From Marsupella aquatica (Eukaryota > Plantae > Marchantiophyta), in the NCBI GenBank assembly GCA_973895155.1, contig OZ316899.1, positions 8,001,241 to 8,065,240 on the forward strand: a stretch of DNA of 64,000 nt. The letters are read 5' to 3'. Below the pieces are notes generated by a model, which was not told the DNA's origin, searched no databases, and saw nothing but the letters and a program-made list of their open reading frames with translations. Below, in pieces: positions 27,689 to 37,975 of this stretch. Each line of letters begins with the position of its first letter. Within the stretch, counting starts at the first letter, position 1. The position numbers and the translations under genes were made by a program.

Positions 27689-27903
27689 CTATGCACATTA
27701 CAACCAAAAAACCTCCTCATGTATATTTGACCAAGTACAACAAATTAAAATAGACTTAACACCATTCATTCAAGACATTAAGAATTAAAGTAAATGCATG
27801 GGCTAAAACCTTATTACTCCAAAATGAGCCCAAAGGCCATATATATATATAATAGTAAATGGGAAGTCCAAAACAGGTGCAAGAGGATAAAGGACATGAT
27901 TTC

Positions 27904-28734
27904 CTAATCCCACTCATAGTGTGTGAATAACTCATCTCCTGCTCTAATGGTCCTAGTAGCAAGAACTAAGCAATGGTCCTTATGATATGTCGTGCCATAT
28001 GGTGCCGGCATTGGACCATCAGTAAAAACTCACTCACAATTGGCCCTACGCTTGGGCCGAGTCCCCACAGTACTATTTATGAAACCAGCAATATTCCCAT
28101 TACGTATGGGATCACCGTCTATCACCCGCTGCTCACTATACCTTCTAGTGCTACCATCAAAAGTATCCATCTCTAGAGCATATGTTTTCCACTCAGGATG
28201 TTGTGCAAGGATCATGTTTCAATGTCTTCTCTTGTAGATGGGTCCACCGTATGGGAACAAAGTAGGACCATCTCTACCACGAACACTTGACCCACCCTCC
28301 TCATCCATGATGATATCCTCACAAGCAAATACTCCATATCCATGTCTCTCTCCAAGTGTGGAAGTTTTCACAATCCAACGTCTACCCCAAACCACAATCT
28401 CCTCAACAAAATCTGTAAAATAAGGCAAGCCAAGAGTGATAGGTTCCCAATCCTTGATGATAGAGGCACACTTGCCAGTGAATGAACAAACACCCCACCT
28501 ATCCTGAACTAGTGTTCTGGATGGGTCATTGGGTGCTCGTGGCCTCCTGTTGGACTGGGGCCTGGACCGGGGTCTTCGTGTCTCAGTGGGCACATGAGGG
28601 TGTTCCCCTTCTGTCCCATGACTGGTACTGATTCCCAAACCCAAGGCTTGTGAAAGTGCATTGCCTATAGCATCTAAAACTCCTTGTGATGGGACATAGG
28701 GTGGTGGTGTCACCAATCTACGCATACTGGATCC
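27904..28734 (-). pseudogene. SET-domain (lysine methyltransferase-like) exon inside the CACTA element, with two in-frame TGA stops
   Basis: One frame reads WIVKTSTLGERHGYGVFACEDI..LFPYGGPIY..YALEM..IDGDPIRNGNIAGFINS..ANCE*VF..CLVLATRTIRAGDELFTHYEWD*. These match SET motifs GxGxFA, YxG, RFINH-like and RxIxxGEELxxxY. Phase-0 AG acceptor at 28735-28736. Confidence 0.8.
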
Positions 28735-28845
28735 CTATTCCATGCAAACACCCACAAACAACCAAATGTGTAAACCATATGTGTAAACATTGATTCACCT
28801 CTAAAGATAACAGTAAAGAACGACAATAAATTGAAACAAACTTAC

Positions 28846-29070
28846 CATGTGGGATGAAGAAGCCCCGGGAGTAAGACCTCTATGATGTCCATATCTCTCG
28901 ATATGTTGAGCACACACATAAGATTTTTGAGAAATTTGGCCCACACATCTAGTGCAGTCACAAAGTCTTCGGGGTGGACCACGAGGACCGGTAACCTCGG
29001 GCTGAGGAGGAGGGGGTATATCGTCATCGGAGGAGTACTCACTACTGGATAGTTCAGAGGAAGAGGACAT
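28846..29070 (-). CDS. First coding exon of the CACTA minus-strand unit (transposase-associated Cys/His domain-like)
   Basis: MSSSSELSS..RRLCDCTRC..VCAQHIERYG..SSHM followed by a phase-0 GTAAGT donor (GT at 28845-28844). CxCxxC..H..G resembles the CACTA transposase-associated domain. Confidence 0.65.
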
Positions 29071-29177
29071 ATCCACTGTCACATTACATTGCATGTAGGG
29101 CATGATTAGGAAAAATTAGGCCATATATAAAGCAATTTTCAAAAAAATGAACTAAAAAAACAATTAGGTTGGTTTAA

Positions 29178-30240
29178 ACATGGGGTTTTATTACCCTTTT
29201 ATATTTGTTAGCATGAAACCCAAATTAAGGTGAGTGTCATGCAAGAAGAAACCACATTATAACCTTTGGGAAAATTGTAATACCCTATGTCCTAAGTGAG
29301 GTTAGATTATTACCTGAATGAGACCCGGGCTCAACAGTGCCTATAGGTCATGTGGCTTTTGGAACATTTGCCAAATCTAGAAGTAGGAGGAAAATAATGG
29401 AAACAAAATGTAAGTTTGGATGGTAATTAGCAGCCGTCAAGTTGTGGAATCTTAGACATTTACCCATATATATCATGGCACAACAAAGAAGGGCAAGCAT
29501 AAAAATCTGTACTAACAACATTGACTGTATACATGATGTTATACCTTTTAGATGCTCGGGTTCCCACAATGCATATGCATTAGACAAAAGTTGAGGTAGT
29601 AGTGCTGGCCCTGCGTTGTATCATGATTACATGGGGTTTCCCCTCAATTGTTAGCATAAAACCCTAAACCCTTATCCCCCCTCGAGTGAAAGGTGAGTGT
29701 CATGCAATAAAAACCCACCCTAGATCCCTAGGAAAACTCTAAAGGCCTAAGCCCAGAATGAAGTTGGACAATTACCTGAATGAGATCAGCACCCAATAGT
29801 GCCTGTAGGTCGTGTGGCTCAATGAACATGAGCTGAATCTAGAAGCACGAGGAAAATACTGGAAACAAAAAGTAAGTTTGGATAGCCATTAGCTTCTCTC
29901 AAGTTGTAGACCCCCAAACATGTGCATATAGATATTCTTGCACAACAAAGAAGGGCAAGGTTTATGAACAATCTCTTTATCAAACCCTGCTAACATACAT
30001 GTTTAAATATACCTTTTAGATGTCCGGGTTCCCACAATGCATATGCATTAGACAAAAGTTGAGGAAGCAGTGATGGTCCTGCACTGGATCATGATTACAT
30101 GGGCTTTCCCTCAATTGTTAGCATAAAACCCAAAACCTCATCCCGCTTCAAGTGAAAGGTGAGTGTCATGCAATAAAAACCCACCATAGACCCTTGGGAA
30201 CTCTAAAAGCGTAAGCCAATGAAGTTAGCAAAAACCTAAA
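29178..30240. repeat. Tandem duplication of a ~450-470-bp unit (about 2.3 copies) between the divergent CACTA genes
   Basis: Units start ACATGGG at 29178, 29629 and 30097 and share AAGGTGAGTGTCATGCAA and CCCACAATGCATATGCATTAGACAAAAGTTGAGG. Confidence 0.9.
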
Positions 30241-30939
30241 TGGTCAATTCCCTTCAACCATCCTATGCTTCTCTCTACCATAATTATATGCCACCCCTCT
30301 TGGTTACCCTCCTAAGATACCATAAAAGTAACCCAAGATACTATAAAACTGAAACCTCTCTTTCAAACCCTCCTAAGTTGGCCTAAACCCCAAACCCAAA
30401 ACATAAAACCCCTCCTAGCTCTTACCCTCCAATACATATAACCCCAACCTTCATAAATAAAACCCCCTGCAAACCCAAAACATAAAACCCCTCGTATCTA
30501 AGCCAATCTAAGCCCAACCTTCACAAAAGAAACCCTCCCCTAACCAGGCCAAACCCCCTCCTCTTACCCTCCAATATAACTCCTTCAATTCTCTAACCCC
30601 CCGATCCTTATCTGATCACATCCCACTAAAATGCAACATAATCCTCTACTTCTACCCCATTTAATGTTCATAAGCCCCCTTAGTATCCCTAACAACACAT
30701 CAAATACGCATGCGAGACGGGGGTTATGGCAAAACCAAATAGCAAAGGCATTTGCGAATCCTGAAGCTTCGCAAAGATATCATTTGCGAAGCTTTTTGCG
30801 AAGGCAGATGCATCGCAAACTGCGATGCAAAACGAATCGCAAAGCCTAAAATTTTGAATCCTTATGGATTGCCGAGCGCGGACAAGGCGGATTCAGTTCA
30901 TTCAGGCCTGAGGAGAGCAACAAGGGCAAGGGCGGAGCG

Positions 30940-33044
30940 ATGGCGAGCGGAGAGGGGACTGGTGGTGATGGAGGAGCTTCTGGCAGCAGCGGAGGCAACC
31001 GAGGGGGGGGGAATCGATTGAAGGCGATTGTGGATGAGCATTTTTTGGTTGCACAGTTGAGTCAAATTGATTTCAGCAGTCCAGCAGGGCTGGCATCATT
31101 GAGTGCCCTTCTGGGCCAAGCCTTGCAAGCAGGTCTCACTGCAGGGCAAGCAGCAGTAGAGGAGGATGCAAGGAAGGCAGCAGAGCAGGCGGCTGCTGAG
31201 AGGAAGCGAAAGAGGGACGAGAGAGCTCAGGTTGGAGTGCTCTCGCCTCAAGCATTGGAAAAGAAGAGGAGGAAAGATGAGAGAGACCTGATCAGGAAAC
31301 AGAGGGAGGAGCAAAGAAAGAAGGAGGCAGCAAGGAGGAAGCTGCCTCTTATTACTTTAGAGGATGAGGGGATTCCCACCGAGCTTGCTTACAATGGGGC
31401 CAAGAGCACAATCAGGCACATTGTATCCACAAGTTTTGCAAGAGGAGTCGAGTGGGGCACTCGCTCAAAGGCAGAGCAAAAGCGAGTCATCAATCAGGTG
31501 AAAGATGCATTTCGAAATGGAGGAGAGATGGATTCACAGTGGCTTGCTGACAAAATTTCAAACTCCATGTCACAAGCTAGATACCATGATAGAATGAAGA
31601 TCAGGTCTCACCTTAGAGATTTGGAGGAGTATAGGAATTTGCAGAGGCCGCTGCAATTCTCAGAAGATATCTGGCAGGCCTTCTACCAGACAGAGGTGAA
31701 GTTGAAAGCAGCCAGGCTCCTCAATGATTTCACAGAGAAGCTGGCAAAGGTTCGAAGGGCAAAGGAGGCCGAGAAGTCTGACCGGGACCTGAAGGTGATG
31801 GAGCAGAAGGTAGCCCAGCTCCAACAGGTTGTAGCGGAAGTAGGCGATCCACCCAACAAGTTCCTGAAGGCAGTTGAGCGAGTCCGAGACAAGCCCAACA
31901 TCACCCACAGGCTGGGTCAAGGTGGCCTCCCCGGCCTCAAAGCAGCATTCGTGAGTGCACCTCCCTCTCCTCCCTTGACTTCTTGCTACTCCAATTCCTA
32001 TTCCAACACACCTGCAATGAGCCAACTCTTTCTTGCATTTCCACCAAGTAGTTACAATTAGACTTGTTGTGTCAGATTAGGTCACGTACAGTTGCTTCCC
32101 TCTCGGGTTTTTGCCATGACAGAGTTTGCGATGCATTTGCGATGCGCGTAGCTTCGCAAATCCTTTGCAAACCTTATTATGCCCTTTTTTTGCTTACATT
32201 TGCAAAGGCGTTGCGAAGACGTTCGTATCGCAACAAGCTTCGCAAACGTAATTGTCCTTATGATTGCGAAGCTGACACCTTCGCAAAATTTCAAAAATTT
32301 GAATTTTTAAATTTTCCGGTCGTTTAAGTGTTCTTTGAGGGTCTTCCCCATATATGCCACCCTCCATAAACCCAAAACCTTGATGCACCACCCCACCAGC
32401 CCCAACAAACCCCCTAATTTTTAGAAGCCATGTGAATCGGGTTATGGGTTGGTGTTAACCCAATTGTGCTGGTTTTGTTTTGGCTTAGTACAAGAGGTAC
32501 AAGAGGAAGATTACGGCGGCTGAGATGGAGGTGGGCCAGAAACATGGGAAGGAGCATCTCTTTCAGCAAGTTGATGAATTACTGGTAAGCATTTTTAGGT
32601 TATTACATTCATTGCAATTTTGAATGAATATCTCTTTTGTTCACACTTGTAAAGAATATGAGACTAACAGACACCTTGGTTTGCTAATGGAAGCAGGGAG
32701 GGGAGGATGGTGACTCCCATACCGAGGGTGGCACCAATAGTAGTGATGAGGATGTGGAGGGGACAGGGGAGGGGAGCACAACTCTTGCTACTCAAGCCAG
32801 GCCAACTAGCACTGGAGACCAGTCATTTGTATCAGCACGTTCCAGTGGTGTTGGGGGTGGTAGCGCGGCAAGCCAGGGCGGTGGAGGTGGGGATGAGGAT
32901 GAGGATGAGGAGGAGGAGGAGGGTGACCCCGAGGGTGACCAAGAGGAGGAGGAAGTCCAGGTTGCACCCCCCCCAAGAGCACGCAAGGGCAGGGAGAAGG
33001 CCAAGGGGAAGAAGGCAAGGAGGGGCACGAACACTCCTTTCTAG
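30940..33044 (+). CDS. CACTA TnpA/Ptta-like accessory protein; exons 30940-31950, 32489-32584 and 32697-33044; 484 aa, frame intact
   Basis: Phase-0 GT-AG introns join one open frame: coiled coil, VEWGTRSKAEQKRVINQVKDAF, RPLQFSEDIWQAF, HRLGQGG, then an acidic tail and a basic C-terminus. The pattern resembles the Transposase_24/TnpA family. Confidence 0.7.
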
Positions 33045-33920
33045 CTCTATGTAGACAGGTTGTAGCTAGAGCACTTACATTGAGTTCACATGTATAGCGA
33101 TCAGCATGCATGGCCGTGGCGCTTTACCTAAGGGTTTTTACCCTTCCATTTTGTAACTTTTGTACTTTTTCAGTAATGCCATTTTAATTGCGGCAGACTG
33201 GGTCAACATCACTTTCCTCCCTCCTTCAAAACCCATGAATGGTCTCCCTCACCCACACCCTAACCCAAATACACAAAAACCCATAAAAAAATACATTTTG
33301 CAAAGCTTTTGAGAACCAACCCCATCTCAAAGAGCTACGGCGAACGTATCGCAACAATTCCGAGAACAAAAGCATCGCAAAGCTTGCAATGTTGTCTACA
33401 TCACAACCCTAGCGAAGACTACCTCTCCGCACGTTTGCGAGTTAAATGCCTTTGCAACAAAGTGGTCATCCAATTTTCACAATCTTGCGAGTTAGTTTGC
33501 AGCGCAAGTTATAGAGAAATTCAACATCGGAAATTGCGATGTAAATGTTATCGCAACACGAGCGATCCATTTGTTCTCGCAAAATAATGAAATTGGTCGT
33601 TTCTCAATATTTGCAAGGATAATGCCGTCGCAACGTTGCGGAGATGTTGTGACGTATTTAGAATTGCAAGTTGCGAAGTAGTTGTGAAGGGCCGTTTGCG
33701 AAGGATTTAAGATGGGAAGTAGCAAAGACGTTGCGATGCGAGTAAGTTGGCAAAGTGGGTATTTCAGATTTTGTTTCCTTTGTATGATGCGAAGGGTGGC
33801 GGTTCGCAAAAGAGGTGCATAGTGTTGTAGTGTCTATAACTTTTTCCATAAAGATAGGTCAGAGGGGGGTAATCCATCAGTTATTAGTCACTGATATCAG
33901 TGGCCCCCCTTTTTTTTGCA

Positions 33921-34370
33921 ATCTCGGAGACCTCTTCAAGATGGTGACATTTGTTTGTGGCAATCTCGGAGAGGCTCTCCGAGATCCCGACATTTGTTTT
34001 GGCAATCTTGGAGAGGCTCTCTGAGATCCCGACACCCTTCCAAGAGTATCTTGGAGATACCAGTTGGTTTGCTCACCATCTCAGAGAGCCTCTCCGAGAT
34101 ACCAAGTCACTTTGCAAACCATCTCCAACTTTCCCATTCTATTTCTTAGACCATCTCGGAGAGGCTCTCCGAGATACCAAATCACTTTGCTTCTTGAGCC
34201 TCAAGTTTTTGTTTCGTTTCTCAGACCATCTTAGAGAGCCTCTCCGAGATACCAAGTCTTTTTGTTGACCATCTCGTAGAGCCTCTCCGAGATACCAAGT
34301 CACTTTACGAACCATCTCTGAATTCCCCATTCCATTTCTAAGACCATCTTGGAGAGCCTCTTCGAGATAC
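33921..34370. repeat. Array of palindromic repeats ATCTCGGAGAG-N-CTCTCCGAGAT
   Basis: About 8 full copies plus half-sites, separated by related linkers of ~20-50 bp. Confidence 0.9.
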
Positions 34371-34491
34371 AAATACACAAAATTTGCAAGTAATACACAT
34401 CATATTCAGTTTTCATATATATTATAATGTGTACACAACAACACTTCATCATTGCTACCTTCTCTAAAGCTAACTCCTATTGGCCACCACT

Positions 34492-34745
34492 TTATTTTGT
34501 TATCTGATATGCGCACAGGTCATAAATAATCTTCTTGTGCAAGTTTCCTACCTGGCTACCATCAAAATCTATAGGAGCATCTCGACTTATGCGCTCTGCA
34601 TAGTTAAGGATAAATACCCCACAATTTACACTATCTTCTTGTGATGGAAGGCCTGACACTGAAGTTCGAGGCCAGTGGTATGCACCTGGTGAGGGCATGC
34701 CTCTTTGACTTGCTTCATCGTTGATGTACCTAGCTAGAGTATACA
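34492..34745 (-). pseudogene. Ulp1/C48 SUMO-protease C-terminal fragment, probably transposon-borne
   Basis: LPSQEDSVNCGVFILNYAE (catalytic Q and C) and IDFDGSQVGNLHKKIIYDL*. The upstream part is replaced by unrelated GC-rich sequence from ~34746. Confidence 0.75.
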
Positions 34746-37700
34746 TGAGACCTCGCCACCCAGCGCCCTCACCAATCCCGACACCCACGCCTAACTGCCC
34801 TTGGTGCCCGAACGCCTCCACGAAATACCTCGAGCAAGCACCTTAGTTTCCCTTGCACCACCCGTGGCCCCTCCCATACGAAGCCGCACTTGCTCTCTAA
34901 CTTGACCACTACTTGATGGTCCTCACAATCTGCACCAGCAACCAAGCATCTTGGTAAGTAACCATTCAGGATCTAGAACCCCCAAGTCTAGCATCCTAAC
35001 TCAAGCTCAATAGACATTGGTAAATAGGTCAGTGATAGGTCCTCCCGATGCCATAAGCCAAAACGAGAACCCACGCCCACTATTTGTCCAGAACAACTCT
35101 TTCCTTGGGCGCGGCCCGCGTTCCCCCTTGTACCTATCTATCACCAATTGACCGCCCTGACCTCAGGACATGCTCATGGCCCAAATACCGTAGCTTATCC
35201 TAAAGCTTGTCCCAAGCTTGTCCCAACACGCCGGGACCAGAACGGCCCCGACTCTAGCAACCGCTCCCAGTTCGCCCCATTGGTGGTCTAGGGGCCGAGC
35301 ACCCTTGGAAATCAGCCTCCGCACCTACTTGGCCTTGCCTCCCCAACGCAAGCTCCCTTGGGAGACTGAACGCGGCTTGGCTGCTGTTTGGCAGGATTCG
35401 GCAAGCGGGTGAGCTAACACCCGCAAATCACGAGAACCCATGGCACCCTCAGACCCAACTGAGCTTAGGAGGACGTAGCCCTCCTCAAGAGCTTTCCAAC
35501 GCACCCAAGAAGTCCTCCAACAGACTTCCCGTTGGGAAGATATCGCCATTTCCGTTTGGCGGTTTCCCTTAGTGTTGCGACCGCCACGGCTGACGACTTC
35601 TGCTCGGCCTTAGCCCCCAGGGAGACACCACTCCCCTCATATATACTTCTGGAGACCTGCCACCCCCGGACCAGCTTTGGTCCCTAACCATTTGGCCCCC
35701 AACCCGGATCCCATCGCGCATAATGGACGCGTCATCAACTGGCAACGCCCATAACTTTCTTGATAGGCATCCGCAAGTGGAGTGCCTTAGCCCGTCGTGA
35801 CTGGGCCGACCTAGTACTCATACCTAGGCCCTCAGGTCTGATCGCCGCTCGGGGCCCCCGACCGGCCCAACCCCGATCGGGCCACAACTTGCGCCCCAAA
35901 TGTCCGTTGCCAAAGACATCAACTCCATTGGCCTTGGGCCCAAGAGGAGCTCACTCCCAAGCCCTCAGAACTCAAAGTCCATCCGAAGGTCCGGACGGCC
36001 ATCCTTGAGCTGACCCATTTCCCCTTGACCCGACCAACCATAGGCTAGTCCAAGTCCTTAGTGTGTGCCCCCAGCTTGGCTCCTTGCCTCGCTAGTGCCA
36101 CGTCTCATTGCCCACAAGTCTCCCCATGCTAAGTCCTCCCCGGATGGCCTATCTGGGTCTGGACCATAAGGGAGCTCGGCGTCGGAGTCAGCGATGCCGA
36201 AGCTAAGTGTTAAGGTAGTCGAGTTCCGCAACTCTAGGCAATTTACAGGGGTAAATATGGGTGATACACACTAAATTACATAGTCCATGGAGAAAAATCA
36301 GAAAAACTTTAAAACAATTAGGTGTAAACCATGGAACCCGAGTCGAGGCTGAAAGTAAGGGCATAATGGAAATGAGAAGATACAATTAGGGTTAGGGCAT
36401 ACTAAGCAGTTGGCAATGGGCAATCAATCGGCAGCCAAGTGAAGGCAAGACAAAGGGGGGATAAGGATTGTTCACCGGGATTGGCGGCTCATTCAAAAAC
36501 ACTGACAGAGGAACAAGACCAGTAGACTATCAACAACTTAGACGAGCACTTTAGGCAAAAGCAGACACCAAGCATCGATACAAAGCGGGGATGAGCAACA
36601 TCAACCAAGCTGCATATTTTTGGGGATGCCTGTTCAAACGGGCAACTGAGTTTATTGGAACATACAAGGATGAGGAGTTGGAGAGAGCAACCCGAGAAGA
36701 TAGGAGCTAGGTTGTGGGATCCTCAAGAGGTCTGCTTTCATCGGAGGAGATCTCATCAAGGATGAGTTCTTATGGACGCCTTTTGCCGATCAGCTCGACA
36801 AACTACTGTTCCGTAAGACATAATGGTTGGCATTCGTGAGGCCATCAACCATTGCAACGACAAACATTGGGACCTGAAGGGTAGCACGGCGGCATGGACA
36901 AAAGCAACGGTGTTGGGAGATTTGTCAGGCACAGCCACCATGAAGAGAAAGGTACCCATCAACAAAGAAGCCACCCCGGAAAAAAGAACTAGGTTGGTGG
37001 CACCTAGAAAGCTTGCCAAGCAGGAGAGAAAGAGGCAGGAGGAAGCCAAAGAACTAGAGGTCAATCAATCCAGTCAATGCCATCCCACAAAAGATGACAC
37101 ATGGAGGGGCTGGACGACAATTCTACCAAAGGAGGTGCAGTTATATTTTGCACGAGACAAGGATGCATGTTTTATGGCCATGCAGTCCCAAAAGTACCAA
37201 GGATTCATGGCCGGATCTGGCGAGGTATTCTATTGTGCGAGCAAACAGGAGTTTTGCTAGCGAGGACAGCAGGCTAGCAAGGCAAGTTTGTGCGTAACTT
37301 CAGGGTAGTAAGATTGTCGATATATATTGTGAAACAGTTACGGAAAACAAAAATGTAGATACTTAAATATTCACAAATGCAAAAATCGAGATCTTCACTA
37401 CACTGAACTGAATGAAAAGGCATCATCACTATGAACAAAACCAGGTCAAAAAACCTTTCACAATCCATCTTTAATAAAACTTTGGTATGACAAATATCTT
37501 CTGGAATGAGATTGCATTTGAAATTGACCATGAGTCATTGAGAATCCTCTGATTCCAAATCATCTGAGGAATTACTAGGATTGCTACTCGACTCCCTATC
37601 AGTCTCCTCAGCCGAATTGTTAACATACTGTGCTACAGTCCTAGCCTCATCATCTGTGAACTGAGGGCAGTAAAGGGCTTTCCGAACACCCCTCACTGAC

Positions 37701-37975
37701 CGCAGACCTTTCCCCTCCCAAGTCAAAACGACGGGCGCTTCATCAACCTCCTTTGCAGTCTTTTCAGCATAGCATGGAAGCGCAAATCCCTTCTCAGGGG
37801 CCACAAGAAAATGATCCTCAATTTCTTTTCGAAGATGGAATCTCTCCTCTGAAAACCAATCCGAACGCCTATCACTAAAGAAATCACCAGAATCGGATCA
37901 ATACTACATATCCAAAAATTCTACAAACAAAATAAAAACACCAAATAGGGAGTTCTACATCAAAGGCCAAGTGCT

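Larger units (their letters stand above)
22978..33832. mobile_element. CACTA (En/Spm) DNA transposon, 10.9 kb, with divergently arranged genes
   Basis: Left end CACTACTACA, right end TGTTGTAGTG. 3-bp TSD TCT at 22975-22977 and 33833-33835. Subterminal TCGCAA/TTGCGA clusters and a TnpD-type transposase inside. Confidence 0.95.

Noticed and set aside
28029-28037. GTGAGT as a donor fusing SET directly to TnpD
   Set aside because: Both GTs are phase 1 or 2 while the TnpD acceptor is phase 0, and the SET C-terminal motif continues in frame beyond this point.
33921-34370. CRISPR-like look (palindromic repeats with spacers)
   Set aside because: The linkers are related to each other and uneven in length, there are no cas genes, and the context is a eukaryotic transposon.
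37535-37920. Possible fifth exon of the ParB/MTase-like gene
   Set aside because: An acceptor exists at 37921-37922, but the available donor phase does not match and in-frame stops follow. Left unassigned.
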